The position numbers were made by a program, and so were the translations under genes. A DNA stretch of 60,837 bases, counting the filler. It is 5 parts of 5 records of this genome, joined end to end, with 100 filler letters (N's around TTAATTAATTAA, not from the genome) between each part and the next. Parts side by side here need not be neighbours in the genome. Positions count along the whole stretch, not along the records: positions 9,503 to 19,549 come from DRR723986_9638; positions 19,650 to 29,117 come from DRR723986_9641; 3 more parts are not named here. One strand, 5' to 3'. Below the pieces are notes generated by a model. That model saw only the letters and a list, made by a program, of their open reading frames with translations. It ran no database searches and was not told where the DNA came from. Every line of letters starts with the position of its first letter. The first letter of the stretch is position 1. Positions 10,832 through 19,861 of the stretch are shown here, piece after piece.

Positions 10832-10940
10832 TCGTAGGAAATGTGGGCCGTTTCGTACGAAATGGCCCGCTCTCCGCACGTCAAAAACACCCCAAAAATC
10901 GCTGTTTGTAGGATTACCCCCTGATTTCGTACGAAATCAG
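10832..10940. promoter_or_regulatory. Duplicated palindromic element GTAGGA-N11-TTTCGTACGAAAT
   Basis: TTTCGTACGAAA at 10851-10862 and 10925-10936, each preceded 17 nt earlier by GTAGGA. Confidence 0.45.
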
Positions 10941-11137
10941 TTTCCAAAAGGTTGCGCACGGTGCTGTGTGGCACTGATTTTCGGTCTAGGCGTCAAAATC
11001 GTGCAACCCGGTCTGAAATCCAATCTCATAAAAACCACACACGCTGGATCTATTTTTACGATTCTCATTGCCAATCATTCCCGCCAGAGTAGAGTTCCCT
11101 CAAGATGTTTGGTGCTCTTTATTGGTGAAGGTTTGAA

Positions 11138-13099
11138 GTGTTAAAAAAATTACTATTAGGTTTGTCGGCGATTGCTGTGATTGCCACCGGCACCGGGTTG
11201 TATCTGACCCGTGATACAGCCCCCACCCACCCCGTTTTAAAAGCCAGCGATCTACCACCGCTAATTTCGACGCAGGCGTTTTATGCCGATCCGCGCGCGG
11301 CCTTTGGGTACGTCGCATCGAGCGATGGCAGTTTGGTGGCCTTTCAGCAGGCCAGCGTTTTCGGGCGCAGCATCGCCGTGCAAGAGGTGGCCACGAAAAA
11401 GACCATCGCTGAGTTCCCGATTGGCCTGTCGGGAATTCGCTGGCACCCGACCAAACCTTTGTTGCGGTTCATCCACGAAGGCGATGAATGGGAGGCTGAC
11501 CCAAAATCGCCAGAGAGAGAGAACTGGACCCGCACCACCCCTGTGTCGCTGTCGGGGTGGTTAAAGCTGAGATTTGCGACAGATGACACATTGCCAACCA
11601 TTGTCTGGGGCCGGAGCGGCAACCGCGACTACAACCATTTGTGGCATGTCTCCCAAGACGGGGTTTCGGCAGACATCATCGCAAAAGGTGACGCGAAAAC
11701 GCATCTCTGGGTCTTGGATAAGGCGGACAAACCCGTTTTGCGTGCCGACAATTTGGACACGGCCACTTTCCGTTGGTTTCATGATATAGGCAATGGCTGG
11801 GAACCGCTGATTGATACCAACATCAATGAAACATTCTATCCGGTGTCCAACATGCGCGCGGATGGGACGGTCCTGTTTCGATCTTCACGCGGGCGGGACA
11901 AAGTGGCGCTGGTGTCGTTTGACACAAAAACGGCAGAAGAAACGGTGCTGATCGAAAACCCGGATGCGGATATTGGGGGAACCACCCCGCTGACCTATAG
12001 TCGTGAACCCGATCTTATTCGCATGGGCACCAATAGCCATGAACGGGTGGCGCTGACCGAGCGCGGACAGGTGTTTCTGGATATCCTGGCTGACTTTCCG
12101 CAACCTATCTCATTGGGTACCACAACGCCAACCGCATCGGGGCGATACGTTACCCAAGCCTTATCATCGCAGAGCAAATCCTTTGTCTATCTGCTGATTG
12201 ATCTGCAGGAACAGAGGTATGAAGTGCTGAGCGAGTACCATTTTCGTCGGTTCAAGGATCATCTGGTCCAGCCAGAGGTGGTGACGTTCACAGCGCGGGA
12301 TGGGTTGGAAATTCCGGCTGTTTTGACCATGCCCAAAGATGTGACCGGCCCGATCCCATTTGTCGTTTTCATTCATGGGGGCCCCGCCGGTCAGGTTGGA
12401 CCCAACTACGGGCACGGTACCCAGTTTCTAGTGAACCGGGGCTATGGCGTGTTGTCGGTCAATTTTCGCGGCTCAACCGGGTTTGGCAAGGCATTTCAAG
12501 CCAAGGGTTATCGCGAATTCGGGCGCGCGATGCAGGATGATATTGCGGATGCCGCGCTGTGGCTGGTGGATCAAGGGATGGCCGATACTGATGCCTTGGT
12601 CGCGATGGGCATGAGCTATGGCGGCTATTCTGCCGCGTTGGCGATGACCCGCGATCCTGGTCTGTTTGATGCGGCCATTGTGGAATTCCCGCTCTTGGAT
12701 TTGGAATTTCAAGGCAAGCATCATCCCGGGTTCTGGAACAACTCTCTGGAATATTGGACGCGGTATTTTGGGGATATTGATGCGCCCGAGGATGTCGCGC
12801 TGATGCGGAAATATTCGCCATCGGATCGGGTGGATCAAATTCACGGACCGATTTTGGTGTTGGGCGGTAAAAAAGATCAGATCACCCCGATTCAACAGGT
12901 TCGCAATTTCGAAGCCGATGCGCATATGGCAGGCAAGGATGTGCAGGTGTATTATTTCCACAATGCGGGGCATGGCACGCGTCATTGGCGTGACAAACTG
13001 CGCCAAGCCCGGCTGCGCGAGGATTTTCTGGCCAAGACCGTTGGCGGCCGGTCTGGCGGTTATGAGTTTGTTGAGGATGCGCCCGCTTTTATCGACTGA
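11138..13099 (+). CDS. S9 family (prolyl oligopeptidase/acylaminoacyl peptidase-like) serine peptidase, exported or membrane-anchored
   Basis: N-terminal hydrophobic segment; IHGGP, NFRGSTGFG, GMSYGG nucleophile motif, DQIT and AGHG catalytic positions. Confidence 0.9.
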   Translation: MLKKLLLGLSAIAVIATGTGLYLTRDTAPTHPVLKASDLPPLISTQAFYADPRAAFGYVASSDGSLVAFQQASVFGRSIAVQEVATKKTIAEFPIGLSGIRWHPTKPLLRFIHEGDEWEADPKSPERENWTRTTPVSLSGWLKLRFATDDTLPTIVWGRSGNRDYNHLWHVSQDGVSADIIAKGDAKTHLWVLDKADKPVLRADNLDTATFRWFHDIGNGWEPLIDTNINETFYPVSNMRADGTVLFRSSRGRDKVALVSFDTKTAEETVLIENPDADIGGTTPLTYSREPDLIRMGTNSHERVALTERGQVFLDILADFPQPISLGTTTPTASGRYVTQALSSQSKSFVYLLIDLQEQRYEVLSEYHFRRFKDHLVQPEVVTFTARDGLEIPAVLTMPKDVTGPIPFVVFIHGGPAGQVGPNYGHGTQFLVNRGYGVLSVNFRGSTGFGKAFQAKGYREFGRAMQDDIADAALWLVDQGMADTDALVAMGMSYGGYSAALAMTRDPGLFDAAIVEFPLLDLEFQGKHHPGFWNNSLEYWTRYFGDIDAPEDVALMRKYSPSDRVDQIHGPILVLGGKKDQITPIQQVRNFEADAHMAGKDVQVYYFHNAGHGTRHWRDKLRQARLREDFLAKTVGGRSGGYEFVEDAPAFID

Positions 13100-13231
13100 T
13101 CCGGCATGGGTGCCCTGATGTTGCGATTTTGGGGCACACGCGCTTGCATGCGTGACGTAAGCGCCTGCAAACCTTGACGCCTCGTGCACATCCGCTACAC
13201 CTGCCCATCACAGTGCGTTCGGAGGGCGATA

Positions 13232-13741
13232 ATGCCGCGTTATGAATACAAAGTCTTGCCGGCCCCGCCCAAGGGGACCAAAGCCAAGGGTATCAAAACC
13301 CCCGAAGGACGGTTTGCTTTGTCCATCGAACAGCTGCTCAACCAGATGGGCGCGTCGGGCTGGGAATATCAGCGCGCTGAGTTATTGCCGAGCGATGAGC
13401 GGTCGGGTCTGACCGGCACCACGGTGAACTGGCGCAATGTGCTGGTGTTTCGTCGCGCACTTGATTCGGTGGTGGCGCATGTGGATGCGGTGCAGGATGA
13501 CATCGCAGTGTTGCAAGACAGTGACCCGGAACCCGTGGCCGACGTCCCGCTTGCCGCGATTTCGCAGCCGGTGGAAGACCCGCCCATGACGGGGGCCCCG
13601 AGCGCGGACGCAGAGGCGTCGGCACACGAGGATGAGAACGAGACGCCAGTTCTGAGCGCCGCACTCAAAACCCGCGCCGAGCAGGTGAGCCCTAAGCCGC
13701 CCGTGATTGAGGCAGACGGCAAAGAGACGGATCGGTCTTAG
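13232..13741 (+). CDS. DUF4177-like protein with acidic low-complexity tail
   Basis: GGAGG SD; YEYKV...LNQMGASGWEY...LVFRR pattern. Confidence 0.7.
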   Translation: MPRYEYKVLPAPPKGTKAKGIKTPEGRFALSIEQLLNQMGASGWEYQRAELLPSDERSGLTGTTVNWRNVLVFRRALDSVVAHVDAVQDDIAVLQDSDPEPVADVPLAAISQPVEDPPMTGAPSADAEASAHEDENETPVLSAALKTRAEQVSPKPPVIEADGKETDRS

Positions 13742-13992
13742 GTATCTAAATCCAGTGCAAGGGCATGAATGCGGGGCACAATATCGCCCAGCGCCTTGTG
13801 AACGGCGCGGTGGCGTTGCACGCGGGATTGGCCGTCAAAGGATTGTGAGCGAATACGCACGTTGAAATGTGTTTCGCCGCCTTCGCGGTGGCCGGCGTGT
13901 CCGCGGTGGCTTTCGCTGTCGTCTTCGACATCCAATTCACGGGGATCAAACGCCGCTTGCAGTTTTGCGCGCATTTCGTCGGTTATGCTCAT
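13738..13992 (-). CDS. bolA: BolA family protein
   Basis: DDSESHRGHAG, ETHFNV, SRVQRHRAV, IHALAL. Confidence 0.92.
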   Translation of the reverse strand: MSITDEMRAKLQAAFDPRELDVEDDSESHRGHAGHREGGETHFNVRIRSQSFDGQSRVQRHRAVHKALGDIVPRIHALALDLDT

Positions 13993-14114
13993 GGGGGGTG
14001 CCTTCATTTTTTCGCCGACGAAGAAATATATTCGCCGTGCCCTCTTCTATCTTCTGCCACATAGATTAGACTGTCTCCTCCGAGTCGAGAAGTAGTATCC
14101 ATAAGGTGCCTGTT

Positions 14115-14738
14115 ATGACGAAATCTGATCCCTTTGGGTTTGATATGTCCGTCTCCACTGCCAAGAAAAAGAACCCTAGGGGTCGTCGTGGCATGTCGGG
14201 AGCGTCTGAAACGTCGCAACGCGTGTGTGAACACGACGGTTGCGAAGAGCCGGGCAAGTTCCGTGCGCCCAAAGCGCCGGACGTTCTGGATGAATTCAAG
14301 TGGTTCTGCCAGCAGCATGTGCGGGAATATAACCTCAAGTGGAATTTCTTTGATGGAACGACTGAGGCCGAGCTGAACGCGCAGCAGTCTAAGGACAAGG
14401 TGTGGGAGCGCAAGACCCGCCCGATTGGCGACCCCGAAGCGCGGGCCTGGGAACGGCTGGGCATCGAGGATCCGCATCAGGTGCTGGGCGCCAATGCGAC
14501 GCGCAACCCCGGTAAGGGTGGCGGCGGTGGCAAACGTCTGCCGCCCACCGAACGCCGCGCGGTCGAGATTCTGGAAGGTAAGGATCACTGGACCAAAGCC
14601 GAGATGCGCAAGGCGTATAAGAAGCTGATCAAAGTGCTGCACCCCGACATGAACGGCGGCGATCGCAGTCAGGAAGAGCAGCTGCAAGAGGTGGTCTGGG
14701 CTTGGGATCAGATCAAAGAAAGCCGCAACTTTAAGTGA
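14115..14738 (+). CDS. J-domain (DnaJ-like) protein
   Basis: C-terminal YKKLIKVLHPDMNGG (HPD motif); N-terminal CxxxxC...WFCQQHVREYN; divergent from bolA. Confidence 0.9.
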   Translation: MTKSDPFGFDMSVSTAKKKNPRGRRGMSGASETSQRVCEHDGCEEPGKFRAPKAPDVLDEFKWFCQQHVREYNLKWNFFDGTTEAELNAQQSKDKVWERKTRPIGDPEARAWERLGIEDPHQVLGANATRNPGKGGGGGKRLPPTERRAVEILEGKDHWTKAEMRKAYKKLIKVLHPDMNGGDRSQEEQLQEVVWAWDQIKESRNFK

Positions 14739-14762
14739 CGGTCTGATCCGGTTTGAATTTTC

Positions 14763-14793
14763 AACGGGACGCCTTGATGGGGCGTCCCGTTTT
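14763..14793 (+). terminator. Intrinsic terminator between the convergent J-domain and radical SAM genes
   Basis: AACGGGACGCC-ttgatgg-GGCGTCCCGTT followed by TT. Confidence 0.8.
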
Positions 14794-14814
14794 ACGTTGG
14801 GGCGGGATCGCGGC

Positions 14815-15969
14815 CTAGGGGGTGGCGGCCACACCCAGATCTTGGACCACGCGTTTCAGCGTGAGGAATTCCAGCGCACAGGCCTGCGTTTCAGCGACGT
14901 CAAACGTGCCGAATTCTGAGAACTTTTGCGCAATGAAAAATGACCCGCAGCTGAGATACTCTGGGCAGCTAGCCCGACATTTTTCGGCCCCGCGCAGGAT
15001 TTCATCGCCAAGACGACGAAAGGTCGGCGTGGTCAGGCACTCCAGAAGTGGGCCGTCCCTGACATTTCCCAAGGCAAATTGCCCGCTTTCGTGAAACAGC
15101 AATTCGCCGGAAAAGACCGTGAAATCGCCATTGACCGCAACGGTCAGGTTGCGAAACGGCACCATGGTCACCGGGATTTTCTGAACCGTGTCTTCGAGCA
15201 TGTGTTTCAGGCGGGCAGCTGAGAACTCGCGCACGGTCACAGCGCCGGTTTCATGCAATTGGTGATAGAGCGTCGTTAGGAACCGGGCATAGCGCGCTTG
15301 GGCGTTCTGTGCGGTGACAAAGCCGCGCTGGTTGGCGATGCTGATCTGTTCTGCCTTGATGCCAAGGGTTTTGCACCCCGTGCGTTGGACAAAATCACAG
15401 AACGCCTGTGGGTCGTCGACGTTAGTGTCCCCCACCACCGCCAACATGGTCCACGGAATGCCGCGTTTGTTGAGCTTTGCGATGCCGGACATGACTTGGT
15501 CGTAAGCCGCCTGCCCGGCCCAGTTGACCCGTTCAGAGGATTGCGCGCGGGGGCCATCAAGGCTGACACCTACCTCGCAGCGCGCACTTTGGAACAGATC
15601 GCACCACGCGTCGTCGATCAGCGCGCCGTTGCTCTGAAAGACATGGGTGATTTTTGTGAGGGGGCCAAGCATTTCCTCGGCCAGTGCAAAGGCCGCCCGA
15701 TAAAAGGCGACGCCGGCGGTCAGAGGTTCGGCACCGTGCCATGAAATCGTGAGGCTGGGCCCCCGCAGGTTTTCGTCGCGCAGCCGTTCGAACAGCTGTC
15801 GCAGCACCTCTGGGGCGATGATCTGCTTGGCCCGCCGAGAGCTGGCCGGAATGTAGCAATAGCTGCAGTTCAGGTTGCAAAAGGTGCAGGCCTGTATCCG
15901 CAGCAAAGACACCGTGGGGCCTGCGAACAGGACCGGTTCAACTGCCTGCGGCGACGGAGCGCCGTCCAC
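14815..15969 (-). CDS. Radical SAM peptide maturase, GrrM/OscB-like (cyclophane-forming family)
   Basis: CNLNCSYC (CxxxCxxC), ISWHGAEPL, QSNG, GVSLDGP, NGDFTVFSGELL, LGNV, C-terminal CRASCPEYLSC...ETQAC; GTG start directly follows the precursor TAA. Confidence 0.85.
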   Translation of the reverse strand: MDGAPSPQAVEPVLFAGPTVSLLRIQACTFCNLNCSYCYIPASSRRAKQIIAPEVLRQLFERLRDENLRGPSLTISWHGAEPLTAGVAFYRAAFALAEEMLGPLTKITHVFQSNGALIDDAWCDLFQSARCEVGVSLDGPRAQSSERVNWAGQAAYDQVMSGIAKLNKRGIPWTMLAVVGDTNVDDPQAFCDFVQRTGCKTLGIKAEQISIANQRGFVTAQNAQARYARFLTTLYHQLHETGAVTVREFSAARLKHMLEDTVQKIPVTMVPFRNLTVAVNGDFTVFSGELLFHESGQFALGNVRDGPLLECLTTPTFRRLGDEILRGAEKCRASCPEYLSCGSFFIAQKFSEFGTFDVAETQACALEFLTLKRVVQDLGVAATP

Positions 15970-16140
15970 TTAGGTCTTTGTCGGCTGGTCTTCTTCGCCT
16001 TCCCAGTCGTCGACCCATTTCAGGCCCAGTTCGAGGGGCGCGTCGGTCGCATCTGCGGTGGGAAACTGGTCCAACCAGCGAGCAAAAGCCGCCTGCCCGG
16101 TTTCTGGAGTGTCCGCTTGGGTGGTGGCTGTTGTTGTCAT
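15970..16140 (-). CDS. Putative RiPP precursor peptide, 56 aa
   Basis: GGGGAG SD before ATG 16140; MTTTATTQADTPETGQAAFARWLDQFPTADATDAPLELGLKWVDDWEGEEDQPTKT; its stop abuts the rSAM start. Confidence 0.75.
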   Translation of the reverse strand: MTTTATTQADTPETGQAAFARWLDQFPTADATDAPLELGLKWVDDWEGEEDQPTKT

Positions 16141-16228
16141 GGCTCTGCTCCCCTGATGATCGGTTATTCTGACAGCTAACGAGACAAGCAACGGGGGCGT
16201 CAATAATTTTCTGCCGCCCCCCCTTTTG

Positions 16229-17500
16229 CTAAAAGGTTGCGTTGACGGCGTGCTGCACCGCCGCCTGTGTCTGTTCCAGATCGGTTTCAGTCAGGGCGAG
16301 AGAGGGATAGAGTTTTCCCGGTGACTTAAAGATGCCATGTGTGCGCAATGCGGCGTTGTAGGTGGCGTTTGTCTTGGGGTCATCATGTTGTGCGGTTCGA
16401 TAATCGCGACAGGCCGCATTGGTGAAATAGATATCAAACAGGGTTTCATCCCCGCAGATCTGGTGCGGGACACCGGCCTTGGTGAGCGCATCGCTTTGCA
16501 TATCCTGCAGGGATTTCCCCAGCGTGCGCAGCCGGTCATAGCTGCCCTCGCGGCGCAATACTTCCATCGTTTTCAGGCCCGCAGCCGCCGCAATCGGATT
16601 GCCCGAAAGCGTGCCAAGTTGCATCAGCCATTTATCGGCACCGACGCTGGATTTATCGAAATGCTGCATGATTTCTGCGCTGGCGCCCAGCGCGGCCAGA
16701 GGGAAGCCACCGCCGATAATCTTGCCCAACGTGCAAATGTCGGGCGTGACGCCATATCGTTCTTGCGCGCCGCCATAGGCCAGTCGGAACCCGGTGACAA
16801 TTTCGTCGAAAATCAGCAGGACACTGTGTTTGTCGCACAGATCACGCAGGCCCTGCAGGTATCCGGGCGCGGCGGGAATGATCCGCTGCAGTGGCTCTGC
16901 AATGATGGCCGCGATGTCTTTGTGTTCGTTCAGCAGCGCCTCGACCGCGGCGAGGTCATTGTAGGGCGCGATCAGCATTTCGTCGGCCACGCCCTGTGGG
17001 ATGCCCGCACTGTCGGGCACCGCTTGGGGAAAGTTCACACGGGCTGCGGGGGCGAGGCTCATCTGGGCTTCGGCGCTCATGCCGTGATAGCCGCCTTCGA
17101 ATTTTAGGATCTTGGAGCGGCCTGTATAGGCGCGGGCAAGGCGGATTGCGTACATGTCCGCTTCGCCACCGGAGGCGACGAACCTGACCTGTTCACAACA
17201 GGGGACGGCGTGCACGATTGCCTCGGCCAGTTCTATGCCTTTGGCGTTGTTGGCAAAGAAGGTCATGCCTGTGGGCAGTTGTTGCAGGACCGCCTCTATC
17301 ACTTCGGGGTGGCCGTGCCCAAGGAGCATGGGACCAGATCCGATCAGGTAGTCGATGTATTCGGTACCATCTTCGTCCCAGACATGGCTGCCCTCGCCCC
17401 GGGCGATGATGATGCCGGGGTCGAAATTGCCAAACCCACCGGCGGGCAGGACCGCTTGGGCGCGGGTGATCCATTCGGATTTAGAGGTCAGTTTTTGCAT
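16229..17500 (-). CDS. Class III PLP aminotransferase (glutamate-1-semialdehyde aminomutase-like)
   Basis: GPMLLGH, KFEGGYHG, LIFDEIVTGFR, TLGKIIGGGFP, GTLSGNP. Confidence 0.88.
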   Translation of the reverse strand: MQKLTSKSEWITRAQAVLPAGGFGNFDPGIIIARGEGSHVWDEDGTEYIDYLIGSGPMLLGHGHPEVIEAVLQQLPTGMTFFANNAKGIELAEAIVHAVPCCEQVRFVASGGEADMYAIRLARAYTGRSKILKFEGGYHGMSAEAQMSLAPAARVNFPQAVPDSAGIPQGVADEMLIAPYNDLAAVEALLNEHKDIAAIIAEPLQRIIPAAPGYLQGLRDLCDKHSVLLIFDEIVTGFRLAYGGAQERYGVTPDICTLGKIIGGGFPLAALGASAEIMQHFDKSSVGADKWLMQLGTLSGNPIAAAAGLKTMEVLRREGSYDRLRTLGKSLQDMQSDALTKAGVPHQICGDETLFDIYFTNAACRDYRTAQHDDPKTNATYNAALRTHGIFKSPGKLYPSLALTETDLEQTQAAVQHAVNATF

Positions 17501-17503
17501 GTC

Positions 17504-18607
17504 TTAGTCCATTATCAGGAGGGGCGTGCCGAGAACGTCTGGATCGGGGGTCACGCCCAGACCTGCCCCCTCGGGGGGGGCGATGCGTCCATTTTTGCGT
17601 GTCGGGCCATCCTGAGCAAGCCGGGGGCCCACGTAGGAGGACAGATCACAGGTGTTCAGCAGTGCGTTGGCGGGGGTTGAGGCCGCGAAATGCAGCGCGG
17701 CAGCAGTAACAATGTCTGAGCCCCACGTGCATTCGGCGCAGATTTCGGCCCCCAGATGCACGCTGAGGTCGCGGGCGCGGCGCATGGCAGAGAGGCCGCC
17801 GAATTTCGACAGTTTCAGAGCAACGGCATCGAGCACCCCTAGCTGTGCTGCGTGCAAGAGGGACGCCAGATCATGGGCGCTTTCGTCGATTTTCATGGCC
17901 AAACCGGTGGCTTGGCGGACTGCGGCGCAGTCTTCGAGCGTTTTGCAGGGTTGTTCGAGCATGACGTCGAGGTGCGCCACAGCGCGACCCGTGCGCGTGG
18001 CTTGCAGTTTCGTCGCGCCGCAGTTCCAATCGCCGTAGACCAGAGGCCCTGCCCCCACCGCCTCGCGCACGCGGGTCAGGCGTTCGACGTCGGCCTGCCA
18101 ATCCGCATCGGCGCCCAGTTTGACCTGAAACTGGCGGATGCCGGTCGTCGCGGCCTCTTTGGCGATCCGCGCCATGTCGTCGGGCGCAATGCAGGTGATC
18201 GAGTGATAGAGCGGCATGTCGGTTTGGGTGCGCCCCCCGAGCAGCGCATAGAGCGGTTGGCCGGTGGCCTGTCCGAACAGATCCCAGAGCGCCATATCAA
18301 CGCAGGATTTGGCGTAGACATGGCCCTGAAGGACCCCATCCAATGTGCGCATGAGGGCGTCCACGCCCAAGGGGGATTTGCCAAGGATTTCGGGGGCCAT
18401 TTCCGCAACGGCGCTGGGCACCCCATCTGCAAAAGCGGGCAGATAGTGCGGGATCGGGCAGACCTCGCCCCATCCTTGTAGGCCGGTGTCCGTTTCCAGA
18501 CACAGCACGTGGGTTTTGACCGTGTCGCAGGTTTTGCCTTCGGCCATGTAATAGGGTTGGTGGCTGGTCAGTCCAAGCGACCAGAGGGTGATGCGGGTTA
18601 TCTTCAT
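17504..18607 (-). CDS. Mandelate racemase/muconate lactonizing enzyme family protein (hydroxyproline-betaine epimerase/cis-3-hydroxyproline dehydratase-like)
   Basis: GWGEVCP, QVKLG, DWNCG, EQPC, DES metal ligands, LKLSKFGG, GLGV. Confidence 0.85.
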   Translation of the reverse strand: MKITRITLWSLGLTSHQPYYMAEGKTCDTVKTHVLCLETDTGLQGWGEVCPIPHYLPAFADGVPSAVAEMAPEILGKSPLGVDALMRTLDGVLQGHVYAKSCVDMALWDLFGQATGQPLYALLGGRTQTDMPLYHSITCIAPDDMARIAKEAATTGIRQFQVKLGADADWQADVERLTRVREAVGAGPLVYGDWNCGATKLQATRTGRAVAHLDVMLEQPCKTLEDCAAVRQATGLAMKIDESAHDLASLLHAAQLGVLDAVALKLSKFGGLSAMRRARDLSVHLGAEICAECTWGSDIVTAAALHFAASTPANALLNTCDLSSYVGPRLAQDGPTRKNGRIAPPEGAGLGVTPDPDVLGTPLLIMD

Positions 18608-19549
18608 GCGTATACCGCCACGGGATCGCCCAGCGCGCCCTCGTCAGGATGCACGCCGAGACCGGGGGCTTCGGGCAAATGCAGATGCCCATCTTGATTG
18701 CGGGGTCCGCGTCCGCCGGCGATGTCGACGGTCAGCATGTCCTGACAGGCCCAGACAGCGTGGCAGTTGGCGTCAGGGATCGTTGCGGCCAAATGCAGCG
18801 CCTCGGTGTCGGCTAAGACCGACCCACCTGTCGCCATTACGAACATATCAATGCCGTGGGCCAGCGCCACGTCCCGCATCCGGGCCGCTTTGGTCAGCCC
18901 CCCGACGCGGTTGAGTTTGATGCCGAACACCTCGGCCAGGCCATCGCGCGCGATGCGGGTGGCGTCTTGGAGCGTCACCAATGCCTCGTCTACGGAGACG
19001 GGCGCGGCATGTTTGCCAGAAATCGCCGCGATATCGTCCAAGGTTTCGCAAGGCTGTTCGAACATCACGTTCAGGTCTTGGGTCGCGGACATGACCCTTA
19101 GGGCCTGTTGCCGGGTCCAGCCGCGATTGACATCAAAGAGCACGATTTCACCGTCACGGCGGATGTCTTCGACATCGCGCACCCGTGCAATGTCGCGGGC
19201 CACATCGCCGCCGATTTTAACCGAATGCGCGACATAGCCACGTTGGCGATAGCGATCAATCACAGCGCGGGTTTCTTGCACGGTTTTGGCCCCGACGGAG
19301 GACGCAATGGCGCGCGGTGTACGGGACCCACCCCCCATCAGATCAGCAATCGGCAGGCCAGCCGACTGCCCGGCAATGTCCCAGCACGCCATGTCGATGG
19401 GGCTTTTGGCGTAGAGATGGCCGGGCAGCGCAAGATCCATCGCCCGTTCCACATCCAGAACCCTGCGGGGATCCAGCCCCAGAATGAACGGAGCCATCGT
19501 TTCAATCCCAGCGCGAATACCGGGGCCATGGGCGGGCACATAGGTGTGT
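18604..19549 (-). CDS. Second mandelate racemase/MLE family protein, 5'-truncated
   Basis: SVKIGG, DVNRGW, EQPC, VDE, IKLNRVGG, PGLGV; truncated by the linker. Confidence 0.85.
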
Positions 19550-19649
19550 NNNNNNNNNNNNNNNNNNNNNNNNNNNNNNNNNNNNNNNNNNNNTTAATTA
19601 ATTAANNNNNNNNNNNNNNNNNNNNNNNNNNNNNNNNNNNNNNNNNNNN
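19550..19649. other. Artificial contig linker
   Basis: N-run with TTAATTAATTAA. Confidence 0.99.
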
Positions 19650-19818
19650 GGCGATTGTGATCAAAGATCGCAAATGTTCGACATCCTACATTCAGCGTAA
19701 GCTGGCCATTGGCTATAACAAGGCCGCGCGCCTTGTTGAGCAGATGGAAGACGAAGGATTGGTGTCGCCCGCGAACCACGTGGGCAAGCGTGAGATTTTA
19801 GTACCGGAACAACAGTAA
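19650..19818 (+). CDS. ftsK: DNA translocase FtsK, C-terminal gamma domain (partial)
   Basis: Frame from 19651: [55 protein letters not shown]; followed by lolA. Confidence 0.93.
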
Positions 19819-19861
19819 GTTCCGGCTTTCAATTTCGCGCAGGGTGATTATCTGGAGAGGC

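Noticed and set aside
15970-16203. 77-aa version of the precursor ORF from the ORF track
   Set aside because: The TTG start lacks an SD and lies within a hairpin; ATG 16140 has GGGGAG at good spacing
16229-17500. Aminotransferase as a tailoring enzyme of the RiPP cassette
   Set aside because: It is tightly coupled to the upstream enolase-family genes and separated from the precursor by a GC hairpin (about 16193-16222); a role cannot be fully excluded
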